From contig CAISHH010000154.1 of the NCBI GenBank assembly GCA_903885085.1, positions 1,694 through 65,693 of the forward strand: 64,000 nucleotides of DNA, read 5' to 3'. The notes beneath the pieces were generated by a model. The model did not search any database and had not been told where the DNA came from. It saw only the letters and a list, made by a program, of their open reading frames with translations. A program made the position numbers and the translations under genes. This DNA comes from an uncultured Campylobacterales bacterium. Its GTDB lineage: Bacteria; Campylobacterota; Campylobacteria; Campylobacterales; Sulfurimonadaceae. Positions within the stretch are counted from its first letter, which is position 1, and each line of letters opens with the position of its first letter. Positions 1-10,913 of the stretch are shown here, piece after piece.

Positions 1-673
1 CAAGGGCTTCTATAGTTTTTTGAGCTGCACTATCGAGTAACCCTTGCGAACTTTTTATAATTATAATATCTTTTATACTACTATTTTTTAAAAGCGTAAA
101 TTTTACCACAACTTCTCCTTGAATCCCTCTTTTTCTCGCACTCAGTGGATAATAGAAATTCTCTTGTAGCATCGCTCTTATGGCGGAGAGATTTGTCTGA
201 ACATACTGTTTTTGTACGGAGGGTTTTGGAGCTTGTGTTTTGGGTTCTGTACTTTGAAGAGTTTTACTCTCTTGCACTACAGGTTTTGACAGGAGTGTCT
301 TCTCTAGCGTTGGCGCAACGACTACACTGTTTTGCGCTGATGGGTTAGAACTCGGCTGAACTATCTCTTTTTGAACTGTCTTTTGCACTGTATTTTGAGC
401 AACTATCTCTTTTTTTACAGACTCAGGCACTTGTTTGAGAGGAGGCAGTTTTTTAACTTCTTGTTTTGGAGGAGTTTGAATCACTTTTTGAACTGCTGGT
501 TCCTCTTGTGAATTACATGTACAGCTACTTTGAACAACACATTGACAAAGATTGATGGGTATACGCTTTTCTTTTTTTGGCGGTGTTACAAAGCTATATA
601 AAAACAAAGCAAAACTAAGCAGAACCAGATGAACACCAAGAGAGATAAAAAAAGAGCTGCGGCGAGGTATCAT
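1..673 (-). CDS. tonB: Energy transducer TonB, 3' end runs off the window
   Basis: Manual translation from ATG 673 (not in the ORF track): N-terminal TM helix, Pro/Lys/Gln-rich linker, then YYPLSARKRGIQGEVVVKFTL...LLDSAA, a TonB C-terminal motif. Confidence 0.85.
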   Translation of the reverse strand, partial: MIPRRSSFFISLGVHLVLLSFALFLYSFVTPPKKEKRIPINLCQCVVQSSCTCNSQEEPAVQKVIQTPPKQEVKKLPPLKQVPESVKKEIVAQNTVQKTVQKEIVQPSSNPSAQNSVVVAPTLEKTLLSKPVVQESKTLQSTEPKTQAPKPSVQKQYVQTNLSAIRAMLQENFYYPLSARKRGIQGEVVVKFTLLKNSSIKDIIIIKSSQGLLDSAAQKTIEAL

Positions 674-723
674 CTTAAAATGATACCGCAGCAACTGTTA
701 CAGTTTTGTTAATACGCAAGAGA

Positions 724-1902
724 TTAGATTGCGCGTCTAAATTCCGGATATGCTTCCACACCACATTCAACGACATCCATACCTTGAACCTGCATATCAT
801 TTTCAGCACGAAATGGAACCAATTTGTTAATACTGTAGATAACAATATAAGAAACTACAAAAGCAAAAACACCGATTTCTACAACACCTTTGAGCTGATC
901 TAAAAATGAGATCTTTGGTGCAAAAATACCAACAGCAAGTGTTCCCCAGATACCATTTACCAAGTGAACTGAAAGTGCACCAACGGGATCATCAAGTCTG
1001 AGTTTATCAAATAATGGAATAGCAAAAACAACTAAAGCTCCACCGATAGCACCGATAAGTAAAGGTGTATGGATATCATACAGATTTGCTCCCGCAGTGA
1101 TAGCTACAAGCCCTCCAAGAGCACCATTTAAGATCATCGTTATATCAAAAAGTTTGTATCTCACATACATAATAACACCACCCACGATTGCACCCGCGAG
1201 ACCTGCTGTGTTGGTGTTAAGAATAGTAAGAGCGACACTATCTGCCATAGCTTTGCTTGAGATCGAACCAACTGATCCGCCATTAAATCCAAACCAACCT
1301 ATCCAAAGCAAAAGTCCACCAAGAACAACAAGAGGGATATTTGATGCAGGGATAACTTTTATCATATCGTTTTTGTATCTGTCTTTACGCGCACCGATGA
1401 TAAAGATCGCCGCTAGTAGTGCCCAGCCTCCAGTTGAATGGATAACAGTCGAACCAGCAAGATCAAACATATGAAGCTCGAGTGGAGTACCTTTTAAAAA
1501 GTTTGCTCCCCAACTGATATTGACAACAAGCGGATAGATCACAGCACCCATAACAACAGCAAAAATAGCAAGAGGAATCATACGCACACGCTCACTCACC
1601 CCGCCACTCATGATGTTGATAGTTTTACCGACAAAGGCCATCTGAAACAAAAAAGCCGCCCACATACTATATTCTACTTTTACCCAAGTTCCAAATGCGA
1701 GTTCATATCCAACAAGCAAGAAAGCTGTAGAAGCAACCCCGTAGATCATCACATTTGTTGTGAGAACTGCCGTAACGTTTTTTGTACGCACAAGTCCCGC
1801 TTCAAGCATCGCAAATCCTGGTACCATAAAGATAATGAGTACCATTGAAAAGAGCATAAAAAATGTATCTATAATATATTTAAAATCTACCTCCGCAACC
1901 AC
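724..1902 (-). CDS. amtB: Ammonium transporter (Amt family)
   Basis: PGFAMLEAG, DLAGSTVIH, WFGFNGGS, DDPVGALSVH (twin His); directly after a PII gene. Confidence 0.97.
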   Translation of the reverse strand: MVAEVDFKYIIDTFFMLFSMVLIIFMVPGFAMLEAGLVRTKNVTAVLTTNVMIYGVASTAFLLVGYELAFGTWVKVEYSMWAAFLFQMAFVGKTINIMSGGVSERVRMIPLAIFAVVMGAVIYPLVVNISWGANFLKGTPLELHMFDLAGSTVIHSTGGWALLAAIFIIGARKDRYKNDMIKVIPASNIPLVVLGGLLLWIGWFGFNGGSVGSISSKAMADSVALTILNTNTAGLAGAIVGGVIMYVRYKLFDITMILNGALGGLVAITAGANLYDIHTPLLIGAIGGALVVFAIPLFDKLRLDDPVGALSVHLVNGIWGTLAVGIFAPKISFLDQLKGVVEIGVFAFVVSYIVIYSINKLVPFRAENDMQVQGMDVVECGVEAYPEFRRAI

Positions 1903-2280
<378 letters not shown>

Positions 2281-2364
2281 TTATTATTCCCGATACAAAA
2301 TTTTTTTATGATTAAATTTTAAACAATATGCTATATTTCTGCAAAAAAACAAGGCACTCAACTT

Positions 2365-2838
2365 ATGAATCAAGCAACATTGGAATTATTTAGTACAAAA
2401 TCAGCCGATGATATCGCAACAGCGCTCGATATAACACTTCAAAGTAGAAATGAATCTCCATTTTGGCTAGATAAAGCGATCCCTTTTGCTAAAGCGGTAC
2501 TTTCTATTTTAGTTCCCCTAAGAGAACAAAATCTTTTGTTTGATCCACAAGGAAGATTTCAAGAAAACCTAACGCCTGAACTATTTTTAGAGTGGATGGA
2601 TTTTGTGAGTTTAAAGATGCTGGCTTTTACAATCCAAAAATCAAATGAGAGTTCAAAACTTTTACGAACGTCTTTAAACGAAACGCAGTGTTCAAGTTAT
2701 ACAGCAGTAGATGTCTCTGTCTTAGCGATCTATCTCTCAAAATACAATGTCAATATGCTCGATGAATCTCTTGATTTTCCAATAGCGAACTATAACGTAC
2801 ACCAAGGCGTTAAAAATGTTGTAAAATCACTTTTATAA
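2365..2838 (+). CDS. Hypothetical protein (possible similarity to the all-alpha domain of DotL/TrbC)
   Basis: 157-aa ORF with extended -10-like TGCTATATT near 2329; similarity judged by eye only. Confidence 0.75.
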   Translation: MNQATLELFSTKSADDIATALDITLQSRNESPFWLDKAIPFAKAVLSILVPLREQNLLFDPQGRFQENLTPELFLEWMDFVSLKMLAFTIQKSNESSKLLRTSLNETQCSSYTAVDVSVLAIYLSKYNVNMLDESLDFPIANYNVHQGVKNVVKSLL

Positions 2839-2850
2839 AAGGAGATTTTT

Positions 2851-3282
2851 ATGCAAGAACATCAAGCTATTAAAACAAATCAGTATCTAGAGATCCCGGA
2901 GATAGAGACAATCCTTGAAGGCGTTGAATACATTATCATGGCAGCACCTTCGCCTGATCATTTTAGTGCAACGCCCGTACATGTAACGATATTTTTAAAC
3001 ACGCAAGAGCGTTTTTCACAAGAGATAAAAGAGATGATCTTTGATAAATTTTGCCAAGACTATAAAATAACAGCCTCAGCGGAAGTGATGAGCCAGCTTA
3101 TGCCCGTGGGCTTTGCAACCACATCTTTAGGTTCTGCGATGCCGATGCTTTTAGTCAAAACACAAGATCAAAATGCCATCCCTCATGTACCCTTACATGT
3201 AATTGATTTTCTTGCTGCTTCAGATCAGTTTGAAGAGGTTGTAGAAAAATCGCTCTCTGGCTGGACTTACGTTCGAGAATAG
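2851..3282 (+). CDS. Hypothetical protein
   Basis: 143-aa ORF with SD AAGGAG; no recognised motif. Confidence 0.8.
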   Translation: MQEHQAIKTNQYLEIPEIETILEGVEYIIMAAPSPDHFSATPVHVTIFLNTQERFSQEIKEMIFDKFCQDYKITASAEVMSQLMPVGFATTSLGSAMPMLLVKTQDQNAIPHVPLHVIDFLAASDQFEEVVEKSLSGWTYVRE

Positions 3283-4568
3283 AGTTCTTCTATCTCGGCA
3301 ACACTCTTAGCAATCCCACAAGAGAGGTTTTCATAACCCTCTTTTATGACTAAAATATCATCTTCTATTCTCACCGCTATGCCTCTGTATTTCTGCGGTA
3401 AATCCACATCATCCAAAGGCAAATACAATCCTGGCTCTATTGTCATCACCATCCCAGCTTGAAGCGGTAGTTCTTTCCCTTTTTTGTCTTTATAAGGACA
3501 GGGATCATGCACATCGATGCCCATCCAATGCCCGATGCCATGAGGAAAATAGCGTTTGTCTTTTTCCTCTTTGATCAGTTCTTTGACATCGCCTTTAAGA
3601 ATCCCAAGCGCAACCATTCCCTCGCACAAAGACTCTCTAGCCATCATCTGAAGATCAGTTCGTAAAACGCCCTCTTTAATCGCCTCTATGACTTTGAGTT
3701 CAGTTTGTAAAACAAGCTCATAAATCTCTTTTTGTGCTTCGCTAAACTTACCATTCACAGGAATCGTTCTTGTGATATCACTCGCATACATCTCAAACTC
3801 GCATCCCGCGTCTATAAGGATAAGTTCACCCTCTTTAAGAATCTCAGAGTTGTTAATGTAATGCAGAGTATTTCCATTGTCACCGCCTGCGATTATGGTT
3901 GTATATGCATCGCTGTAAGCGCCGTTTTTCTTAAACTCATATTCATACACTGCTTGAAGTTCATACTCAAACATTCCACTCTTTTGCATACTCATCACTT
4001 TATGATGTGCCTCTTTTGTAATAGACAAAGCTTTTTTGATAAGTTCTATCTCTACGGGTGTTTTTATAGCTCTCATACTCTGAGTAATTTTCTTTACATG
4101 TAAGAGCTTCATTGAACTTTTTTTTATGAAATCCTTTACACCCTCTGGGCACTTCGCATGTAAGAGTTTTTTCTCTTCGCTAAAGAGATCAAGATAAACT
4201 CTTTTTTTACTTGGTAAAATCTTTTTTAATTTCTTTTCAAAACGCTCAGAAGTACAAACTGTATCGACGTCAAAGCGCTCTTTTGCACCTTCTGCTCCTA
4301 AACGCTTTCCAGTCCAAAGTTCTAAACTCTTATCTTTTTTTTGAACAAATAAAATCTCTTTAACAGACTTTTCTCCCTTTAGTAAAACCAAAATAGCATT
4401 GTCCTCTTTAAAACCAGTGAGATAATAAAAATCGCTATCTTGTCTGTAGGGATACTCAGTATCATTTGAGCGTGTTTTTTGAGTTGCGCTAAAAAGCAAA
4501 GCGACACTGCTCTTTTTCATTTGAACTAAAAAATCTTCTCGTCTACTTTTGTAGATCTGCTCATCCAT
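3267..4568 (-). CDS. pepP: Xaa-Pro aminopeptidase P
   Basis: YPYRQDSDFYYLTG, YASDITRT, HGIGHWMGIDVHD, TIEPG, RIEDD; start taken at ATG 4568 overlapping the upstream stop. Confidence 0.95.
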   Translation of the reverse strand: MDEQIYKSRREDFLVQMKKSSVALLFSATQKTRSNDTEYPYRQDSDFYYLTGFKEDNAILVLLKGEKSVKEILFVQKKDKSLELWTGKRLGAEGAKERFDVDTVCTSERFEKKLKKILPSKKRVYLDLFSEEKKLLHAKCPEGVKDFIKKSSMKLLHVKKITQSMRAIKTPVEIELIKKALSITKEAHHKVMSMQKSGMFEYELQAVYEYEFKKNGAYSDAYTTIIAGGDNGNTLHYINNSEILKEGELILIDAGCEFEMYASDITRTIPVNGKFSEAQKEIYELVLQTELKVIEAIKEGVLRTDLQMMARESLCEGMVALGILKGDVKELIKEEKDKRYFPHGIGHWMGIDVHDPCPYKDKKGKELPLQAGMVMTIEPGLYLPLDDVDLPQKYRGIAVRIEDDILVIKEGYENLSCGIAKSVAEIEELYSRT

Positions 4569-5188
4569 TATTGAAGCTCTTTTTGACATTGATTATTGAG
4601 CCACATATTTGTTTGTTGCATGACATCATTCAGCGCTGCTTGAAGAGCTTTTACTCCCCCTTGTGCATCGAGCGAAGAGGAAGGAACTTTTTTCTCTATG
4701 GTTGTTGCGTAGAGAAGTTTTGAATTGTCGTTTTCAAGAAGTGCAAAATGGATTTTGACTGTTACATACGAGCTTTTCATATCTTCACTAAAATGCTGAA
4801 TAAACTCTCCAACACTATATTCAAGGACATAATCTGGCTTTGCAGACGATTTTGCTAATAATACATCTTTAAATATTTTTGTATCCCGTACACTGCTGAC
4901 AAGTGATACTTCTAATATTTTGTATGGTGCTGCTTCCCAGTTTGAAAGAGCATAGCTTTCAACATTCAGATCTCCTCTTTGGTAGTAGATAGATCGTCCC
5001 ATAATCGGATCATAACTCACAATATTTTTCAATTGCAACACATCATTTTTGCAAGACGGGGCATTGTAATCTTTCACAACCGATGTAACTTGCAATCTGT
5101 ACTGCATGCTTGGAGGAACTTTTGTCTGCAAAGAACATCCAGATATTATGAACACGACCAAACTATATAAAAATATTTTATTCATCAT
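4568..5188 (-). CDS. ABC-type transport auxiliary lipoprotein (PqiC-like)
   Basis: Lipobox ISGC; last gene of the MlaE/F/D-type operon. Confidence 0.8.
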   Translation of the reverse strand: MMNKIFLYSLVVFIISGCSLQTKVPPSMQYRLQVTSVVKDYNAPSCKNDVLQLKNIVSYDPIMGRSIYYQRGDLNVESYALSNWEAAPYKILEVSLVSSVRDTKIFKDVLLAKSSAKPDYVLEYSVGEFIQHFSEDMKSSYVTVKIHFALLENDNSKLLYATTIEKKVPSSSLDAQGGVKALQAALNDVMQQTNMWLNNQCQKELQ

Positions 5189-6150
5189 TTTTCTCCCGGA
5201 CCTTTTTTAATCTCTTGCTTTTTAAACAGTATATCACTTGGACTTGTTTCATATTTTTTTAAGATGCTATCCATCTCTATCATCACATCTTGCAAAGCAC
5301 CGAGCGAACTGTTAAGATTTGTCACCGTGCCTTTTGTGATATCTTTTAGATTAAACTCTCCACTATCAATTGCTCCGTGAAATGCAGCCATCGAGCCTTG
5401 AATAACCTTGTAGCTACTTGCAACTGAAATCATCGATGCAGAAACAGTATCCGCAAAATGACCACTTTTGTCTGCTAAGAGATCTATTTTAGGAAGTGTT
5501 TGTGTGTCTAGCTTTGTCGTTATACTGTCAAGATGCTCCATTGTACTATGAAGATGCTCGATGCTTTTATCATCAAGAAGAGTGTTGAGTCTAGCCATAA
5601 ACTCTTTTGACTCGGCAAGTGTCATCGTCATATTTTTTTGATTTTCTTCTTTTAAGAGTGTATTTGTACCATCGAGTGTTCCTGAAAGTTTTTCAGTCAC
5701 ACTTCCAATCGAGCTCTCAAACCTTTGAAAAAGTGAGGGTTTTGAGTGTATGATCGGATATTTTTCCTCTTCATCTTTCACTAGATCTTTGGAATTTACA
5801 TCGCCTAAAGAAAGATCAATGAAAACAAGTCCTGTAATTCCCTGAGCATTGAGCGTTGCCATCGTTGATTCTTTCACTGGAGTCGTAGCCAAGATAGAGA
5901 TTAAGACCTCTATCTCTTGCGTGTTTTTACTACTTATCTGTATCTCTTCAACTTTTCCGACACTGACACCACGATACTTGACGGGAGAGTTGATGTTGAG
6001 TCCTGAAACAGACTCATTGAAATAGATAAGGTACTCTTTTTGCTTACTTGAATCCGAGGGTTTCATCAACCAATAAATAGAAAATGTCATAACAACGAGT
6101 ATGGCTAAAACAATGGAGCCTACAAAAGTATAATTGACTTTATTATTCAT
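5185..6150 (-). CDS. MCE/MlaD-family protein
   Basis: N-terminal TM, FNESVSGLNINSPVKYRGVSVGKV, QGITG, long helical tail. Confidence 0.9.
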   Translation of the reverse strand: MNNKVNYTFVGSIVLAILVVMTFSIYWLMKPSDSSKQKEYLIYFNESVSGLNINSPVKYRGVSVGKVEEIQISSKNTQEIEVLISILATTPVKESTMATLNAQGITGLVFIDLSLGDVNSKDLVKDEEEKYPIIHSKPSLFQRFESSIGSVTEKLSGTLDGTNTLLKEENQKNMTMTLAESKEFMARLNTLLDDKSIEHLHSTMEHLDSITTKLDTQTLPKIDLLADKSGHFADTVSASMISVASSYKVIQGSMAAFHGAIDSGEFNLKDITKGTVTNLNSSLGALQDVMIEMDSILKKYETSPSDILFKKQEIKKGPGEK

Positions 6151-6884
6151 ATATCTGCCTTAAAAAATGTTTGTATAAATTGATTGTCCATAGAAATGAT
6201 ATCATCTAATTTGCCCTGTGCCACGATAACTTTATTATCAATAATAGCAGCGCGGTCAAGTGTATCATAAATCGATTTGAGATCATGAGAGACCATAACA
6301 ACAGTGAGACCCAATAAATCTCGCAATTTTAGGATAAGTTTATCAAATTCGCGTGCGGAGATCGGATCAAGTCCTGATGTAGGCTCATCTAAAAATAGCA
6401 GTTTTGGATCAAGCGACAATGCACGAGCTAAAGCCGCTTTTTTCTTCATTCCGCCGCTGATCTGTGATGGATAGAGAGATGCATCTTTAGGTTTTAAGCC
6501 TACAATATCTATTTTATATGCCACAATTTCAGATATGAGATTTTTATCCAGTTTTGTATACTCTTGCAGGGGAAGTGCTATATTTTCATACAAGGTCAAA
6601 GAGGAAAACAATGCTCCTCCTTGAAATAAAACTCCCCAGTTTTTTCGCAACTCTTGAGCATCATCGTAAGAGATATTTGCCACATCTCGACCAAAAATTT
6701 CTATAGAACCGCCACTGACTTCTTGAAGCATCACCATCTCTCGTAAAACCGTACTCTTTCCGCATCCACTCGGTCCAAGGATTCCGTATATTTCCCCTTC
6801 ATTGATATGAAAGTTGAGTCCTGCATGCACTACATTGGCGCCAAATTGCGTATAAAGATCTTTAACGTCAATTATTTTTTTCAT
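6147..6884 (-). CDS. ABC ATP-binding protein (MlaF-like)
   Basis: GPSGCGKS, ISGGM, LFLDEPTSGLDP. Confidence 0.93.
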   Translation of the reverse strand: MKKIIDVKDLYTQFGANVVHAGLNFHINEGEIYGILGPSGCGKSTVLREMVMLQEVSGGSIEIFGRDVANISYDDAQELRKNWGVLFQGGALFSSLTLYENIALPLQEYTKLDKNLISEIVAYKIDIVGLKPKDASLYPSQISGGMKKKAALARALSLDPKLLFLDEPTSGLDPISAREFDKLILKLRDLLGLTVVMVSHDLKSIYDTLDRAAIIDNKVIVAQGKLDDIISMDNQFIQTFFKADI

Positions 6885-8009
6885 CTAGATACCCAAATTT
6901 GTAAAGATGATAGAAAAAACTGCATCACAAACGATAACCGCAAAAATAGATTCAACAACACTTTTGGTTGTATTGATCCCAATGCTTTGCGTGTCATCTT
7001 TCACTAGCATTCCTCGAAATATACCGATAGAAGCGATCAAAAAGGCAAAAAAAGGCCCTTTAGCAATGCCCACAAAGAAATGTTTTGCCGCTACTACTTC
7101 ATTTAAACGGTCTAAAAAAAGTGAAGTTGAGATACCAAGGTCAAGGTTTGCGACAAGCATACCACCTAAAAGTCCAGTGACATCTGAAACAAAAATCAAT
7201 AACGGCATCATCAACATAAGTGCGATAATGCGAGGAATCACCAAAAATACAATAGGATCAAAACCCATAGTACGCATAGCATCAAGTTCCTCTGTTATCT
7301 TCATAGCGCCTATCTGAGCGGTAAAAGAGGAACCGCTTCTTCCTGCAATAACGATTGCGGTAAGTAAGGGCGCAAGCTCACGAAAGATAGAGATTCCGAG
7401 CATATCAACTATAAAAATATTTGCGCCATAGATTTTTAACTGTACAGAGGATTGATATGCCATAACGACACCAACAAGAAAACTCGTCAGAGCAACGATA
7501 CCAAATGCTTTGATCGCATTTTCATTGATCTCAAAAAAAATCTCTTTATATCGAAGTGATCTTAAATGTTTAAAAAGATAAAAAAATCCATAAGAGATTT
7601 GCCCGAAGAAAGAGAGAAATTCAACAAATTTTTTCATCCTTAAAACAGCATCTTCACCCAGTTTTTCGATAAATAAAGGTTGTTTATAAACAAATTCTTC
7701 TAAATCAAGATGTAAAACATGAATTGTTTTGAGGGTACTTATCACTTGCTCATTCTTACATGTAAGAGAAAAAGCAAGTTGCTTTTCAGCAAATGTCTGT
7801 TCCAACTTATTGATATAGATCGCACCTGCCGTATCTATAGAAGTGATATCATCAAGATTTAAAAAGAGTTCAGATCCATTTCGAAGCTTTGACTCAAGCT
7901 CTTTTTCAAAGCTCACTAGAGTATAAAGATTTATTTCACCGGCGAGACTAAAGTCTAACCGATTGTTAGCAAATGAAGAAGTAAAGGAGAGATTTTTTTT
8001 AGATAACAT
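6885..8009 (-). CDS. MlaE-family ABC permease with N-terminal STAS domain
   Basis: IDTAGA (STAS), RELAPLLTAIVIAGRSGS, EELDAMRTMG. Confidence 0.93.
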   Translation of the reverse strand: MLSKKNLSFTSSFANNRLDFSLAGEINLYTLVSFEKELESKLRNGSELFLNLDDITSIDTAGAIYINKLEQTFAEKQLAFSLTCKNEQVISTLKTIHVLHLDLEEFVYKQPLFIEKLGEDAVLRMKKFVEFLSFFGQISYGFFYLFKHLRSLRYKEIFFEINENAIKAFGIVALTSFLVGVVMAYQSSVQLKIYGANIFIVDMLGISIFRELAPLLTAIVIAGRSGSSFTAQIGAMKITEELDAMRTMGFDPIVFLVIPRIIALMLMMPLLIFVSDVTGLLGGMLVANLDLGISTSLFLDRLNEVVAAKHFFVGIAKGPFFAFLIASIGIFRGMLVKDDTQSIGINTTKSVVESIFAVIVCDAVFSIIFTNLGI

Positions 8010-8020
8010 ACAAAAAAATT

Positions 8021-8518
8021 TTAAAAATCTCTCTCGAGCAATTTGTTGACTTTGAGTATCGTAATGATTCTATCTGATTGTTTTCCAACACCATCGATCA
8101 TAGTTTCGCTATCTTGCATTGTATCGGGCGCTGGTCCGATATCTGATTTTCTGATACGAAGGGCTTCAGTCAGACGATCTATCACAAATCCAGCGACCTC
8201 ATTTCCATCTTTCATAACAATAAAACGGGTTTCATCTGTATGTTTTTTTGTTTGGAGTCCGAATTTTAATCTCAAATCTATAAGAGGGATTACAGAACCG
8301 CGAAGGTTAAAAACACCAAGTACATACGCAGGTGTTTGAGGAACCCTTGTCCAAGAAATAGGTTTGATAATCTCTTGAATATTTAATATAGGCACACTAT
8401 ACTCTTCATCACCTATAATAAATCCAACTAATTGAACAGCATCTTCTAGCTGACTTACAACACCGCGATTTTGCTGTTCACTCTGCTTACTGATAATATT
8501 TTGTAGTTTATCACTCAT
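8021..8518 (-). CDS. cheW: Chemotaxis protein CheW
   Basis: TRVPQTPAYVLGVFNLRGSVIPLIDL. Confidence 0.96.
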   Translation of the reverse strand: MSDKLQNIISKQSEQQNRGVVSQLEDAVQLVGFIIGDEEYSVPILNIQEIIKPISWTRVPQTPAYVLGVFNLRGSVIPLIDLRLKFGLQTKKHTDETRFIVMKDGNEVAGFVIDRLTEALRIRKSDIGPAPDTMQDSETMIDGVGKQSDRIITILKVNKLLERDF

Positions 8519-10902
8519 TATGCTAACTCCGCTTTAAACTTGATATTTCTTTGTACTACACTTGCTAGATAATCAGATGAATAAGGTTTCGTAATATATT
8601 CTACCATTCCAGACTCAACCCCTCGCATACGGTCAGATTTACTTGTACGTGACGTAACTGCTATAAGAGGAAGATTTTTATATTTATTGTATTTTTTGAT
8701 CTCGCCTGCTAATGTATATCCATCCATTCTTGGCATCTCAATATCTATGAGCATCGCATCAAAATGTGTATCACCCTGCTTGAGGATATTTAACGCTTCT
8801 TGACCATCTACGGCTTCAGTAAGAGTTATTCCCATTGGTTCTAAAGCTTTTCTCATAATCGTTCTATCTGTTTTTGAATCATCAACAATCATGACATTAT
8901 AATCACTCGCTTTTGTTTTTTCTTTGGATACAGCCGCTGATTTTGACTCGATCATTGGTTTTGCTTTTACCCCTTTTGCCATCTGCATAAGTGCAGCAAC
9001 ATCGACAATAAGAGTCACACCGCCATCTCCACGGATAGTCGCTCCCGCGATCCCTTCCATTCCTTTGAGATATTCTCCAAGAGATTTAATAACGATCTCT
9101 TCTTGCCCTACAAGTGAATCGACGATAAGACCAAGTTTGCTCTCAGCCAGACCAAGCACAACCACATACGCATGTTCAGCCGCATCTATGATACGCTCAA
9201 CTTCAAAAATATCGCCAATATGAACAAGAGAGAGCACATCATTTCTTAGTCTCATAACAGAGCGGTTATCGACTGTGTAGATCTCATCTTTAGAGATACG
9301 AACAGTTTCTAAAACAGACGCCAGAGGAATAGCATAATACTCCTCTTGCACACCAACTAGAAGTGCTTGAATAATAGCAAGGGTCAAAGGAATCTTCAAT
9401 TTAATCGAAGTTCCACGTCCTACTTCACTGTCGATATCGATGATACCATTGAGTTTTTCAATATTTGTTTTAACAACGTCCATACCGACACCGCGTCCAG
9501 AGACACTTGTAACTTGCGCCGCTGTTGAGAACCCTGGTCTAAAGATGAGAGCAAAGGCTTCTTTATCAGTCATTGCATCAGCTTCTTTTTCTGTAATAAC
9601 CCCTTTTTCAAGAGACTTATTTTTAAGCATAACAGGATCTAGACCTTTTCCATCATCATCAATTTGCACGACAATGTGGTTTCCTTCATTGTAAGCTTTT
9701 AGAATGATAGTACCTGTTTCAGATTTACCAAGGGCAATACGATCAGTAATAGACTCAATCCCATGGTCACAAGAGTTACGGATGATGTGAACTAGCGGAT
9801 CGCCAATCTCTTCAACAATCGACTTATCAAGTTCAGTTTCTTCTCCAAAAATCTCTAGATCTATCTTTTTATTTAGCTCGCGTGAAAGATCACGGATCAT
9901 ACGTGGGAATTTATTGAAAACTTTCCCTATCGGAAGCATTCTTGTTTTCATAACCGCGATTTGAAGGTCAGTTGTAACCAAAGAAACAATTGAGACAACT
10001 TGGTTGAGTTCCTCTAAGAACTCTTCCCCTTCGTAACGCTCTTCAACATCTACATTGATCTTGATAAGACGATTCTTTGCAAGTACAAGTTCGCCGATAA
10101 GGTTCATGAGATGGTCAAGTCTTTTGACATCCACACGAATAGTCTGTTCAACTGTTGTTGCGTTCCCTTTTACAGGAGCGGCCGCTTTTGCATCTTCAGA
10201 GTGTTCTTCAGTTTGTCTTTTTGGAGGCATCGGTGGTTTTACTACCACTGCATTTGTTTGTGGAGCCGGCTCTTTTTTTGGCTCTTCTTCATCACCTTGT
10301 GGCATCTGTGGAACGGCTTCGCCTGCAGCTTGCTTAGCTTTTCTTTTTTTCTGATCTTCTACTTGTCTTTGTGCTAGAAGTCTTTCTATCTCAGCTTCAA
10401 CCTCATCATCACTCATATTGTCATAATCAGGTTCTTCTTCCTCAAGAGATTCTTCTAACTCTTCTTCCTCGGTTTCTTCTTCTATACTTTCTTCTTTTGG
10501 AATTTCTTCTACCGAAGTGCCATTGGATTTTGCGTCAAGTCTCACAACACACATAGAAACATCTACACCAGCATCTGCACCCGTATCACGGATCGTATTT
10601 AAAAGTTCTTTCATGAGATCAATAGATTCTAAAACAACATCCATAACATCAGGCGTTAGTAATAAATCTCCATGTCTTGCTTTATTTAAGATATCTTCCA
10701 TATGGTGAGTAAGATGGGTCAAAACATCAAAATTTAAAAATGATGAAGCGCCTTTTACTGTATGTGCAACACGAAAAATACGATTGAGAAGTTCTAAATC
10801 CTCAGGATCTGTCTCCAACAACACAAGGTCTTGATCCAATTGTTCTAAAAGCTCGAAAGATTCAATTAAAAAATCTTGTAATATCTCTTGAAATTCATCC
10901 AT
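8518..10902 (-). CDS. cheA: Chemotaxis histidine kinase CheA with C-terminal receiver domain
   Basis: Hpt FRVAHTVKG, HATPase RNSCDHG/SGRGVGMDVV, CheW domain, REC DIEMP. Confidence 0.97.
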   Translation of the reverse strand: MDEFQEILQDFLIESFELLEQLDQDLVLLETDPEDLELLNRIFRVAHTVKGASSFLNFDVLTHLTHHMEDILNKARHGDLLLTPDVMDVVLESIDLMKELLNTIRDTGADAGVDVSMCVVRLDAKSNGTSVEEIPKEESIEEETEEEELEESLEEEEPDYDNMSDDEVEAEIERLLAQRQVEDQKKRKAKQAAGEAVPQMPQGDEEEPKKEPAPQTNAVVVKPPMPPKRQTEEHSEDAKAAAPVKGNATTVEQTIRVDVKRLDHLMNLIGELVLAKNRLIKINVDVEERYEGEEFLEELNQVVSIVSLVTTDLQIAVMKTRMLPIGKVFNKFPRMIRDLSRELNKKIDLEIFGEETELDKSIVEEIGDPLVHIIRNSCDHGIESITDRIALGKSETGTIILKAYNEGNHIVVQIDDDGKGLDPVMLKNKSLEKGVITEKEADAMTDKEAFALIFRPGFSTAAQVTSVSGRGVGMDVVKTNIEKLNGIIDIDSEVGRGTSIKLKIPLTLAIIQALLVGVQEEYYAIPLASVLETVRISKDEIYTVDNRSVMRLRNDVLSLVHIGDIFEVERIIDAAEHAYVVVLGLAESKLGLIVDSLVGQEEIVIKSLGEYLKGMEGIAGATIRGDGGVTLIVDVAALMQMAKGVKAKPMIESKSAAVSKEKTKASDYNVMIVDDSKTDRTIMRKALEPMGITLTEAVDGQEALNILKQGDTHFDAMLIDIEMPRMDGYTLAGEIKKYNKYKNLPLIAVTSRTSKSDRMRGVESGMVEYITKPYSSDYLASVVQRNIKFKAELA

Positions 10903-10913
10903 AAACTACTCTC

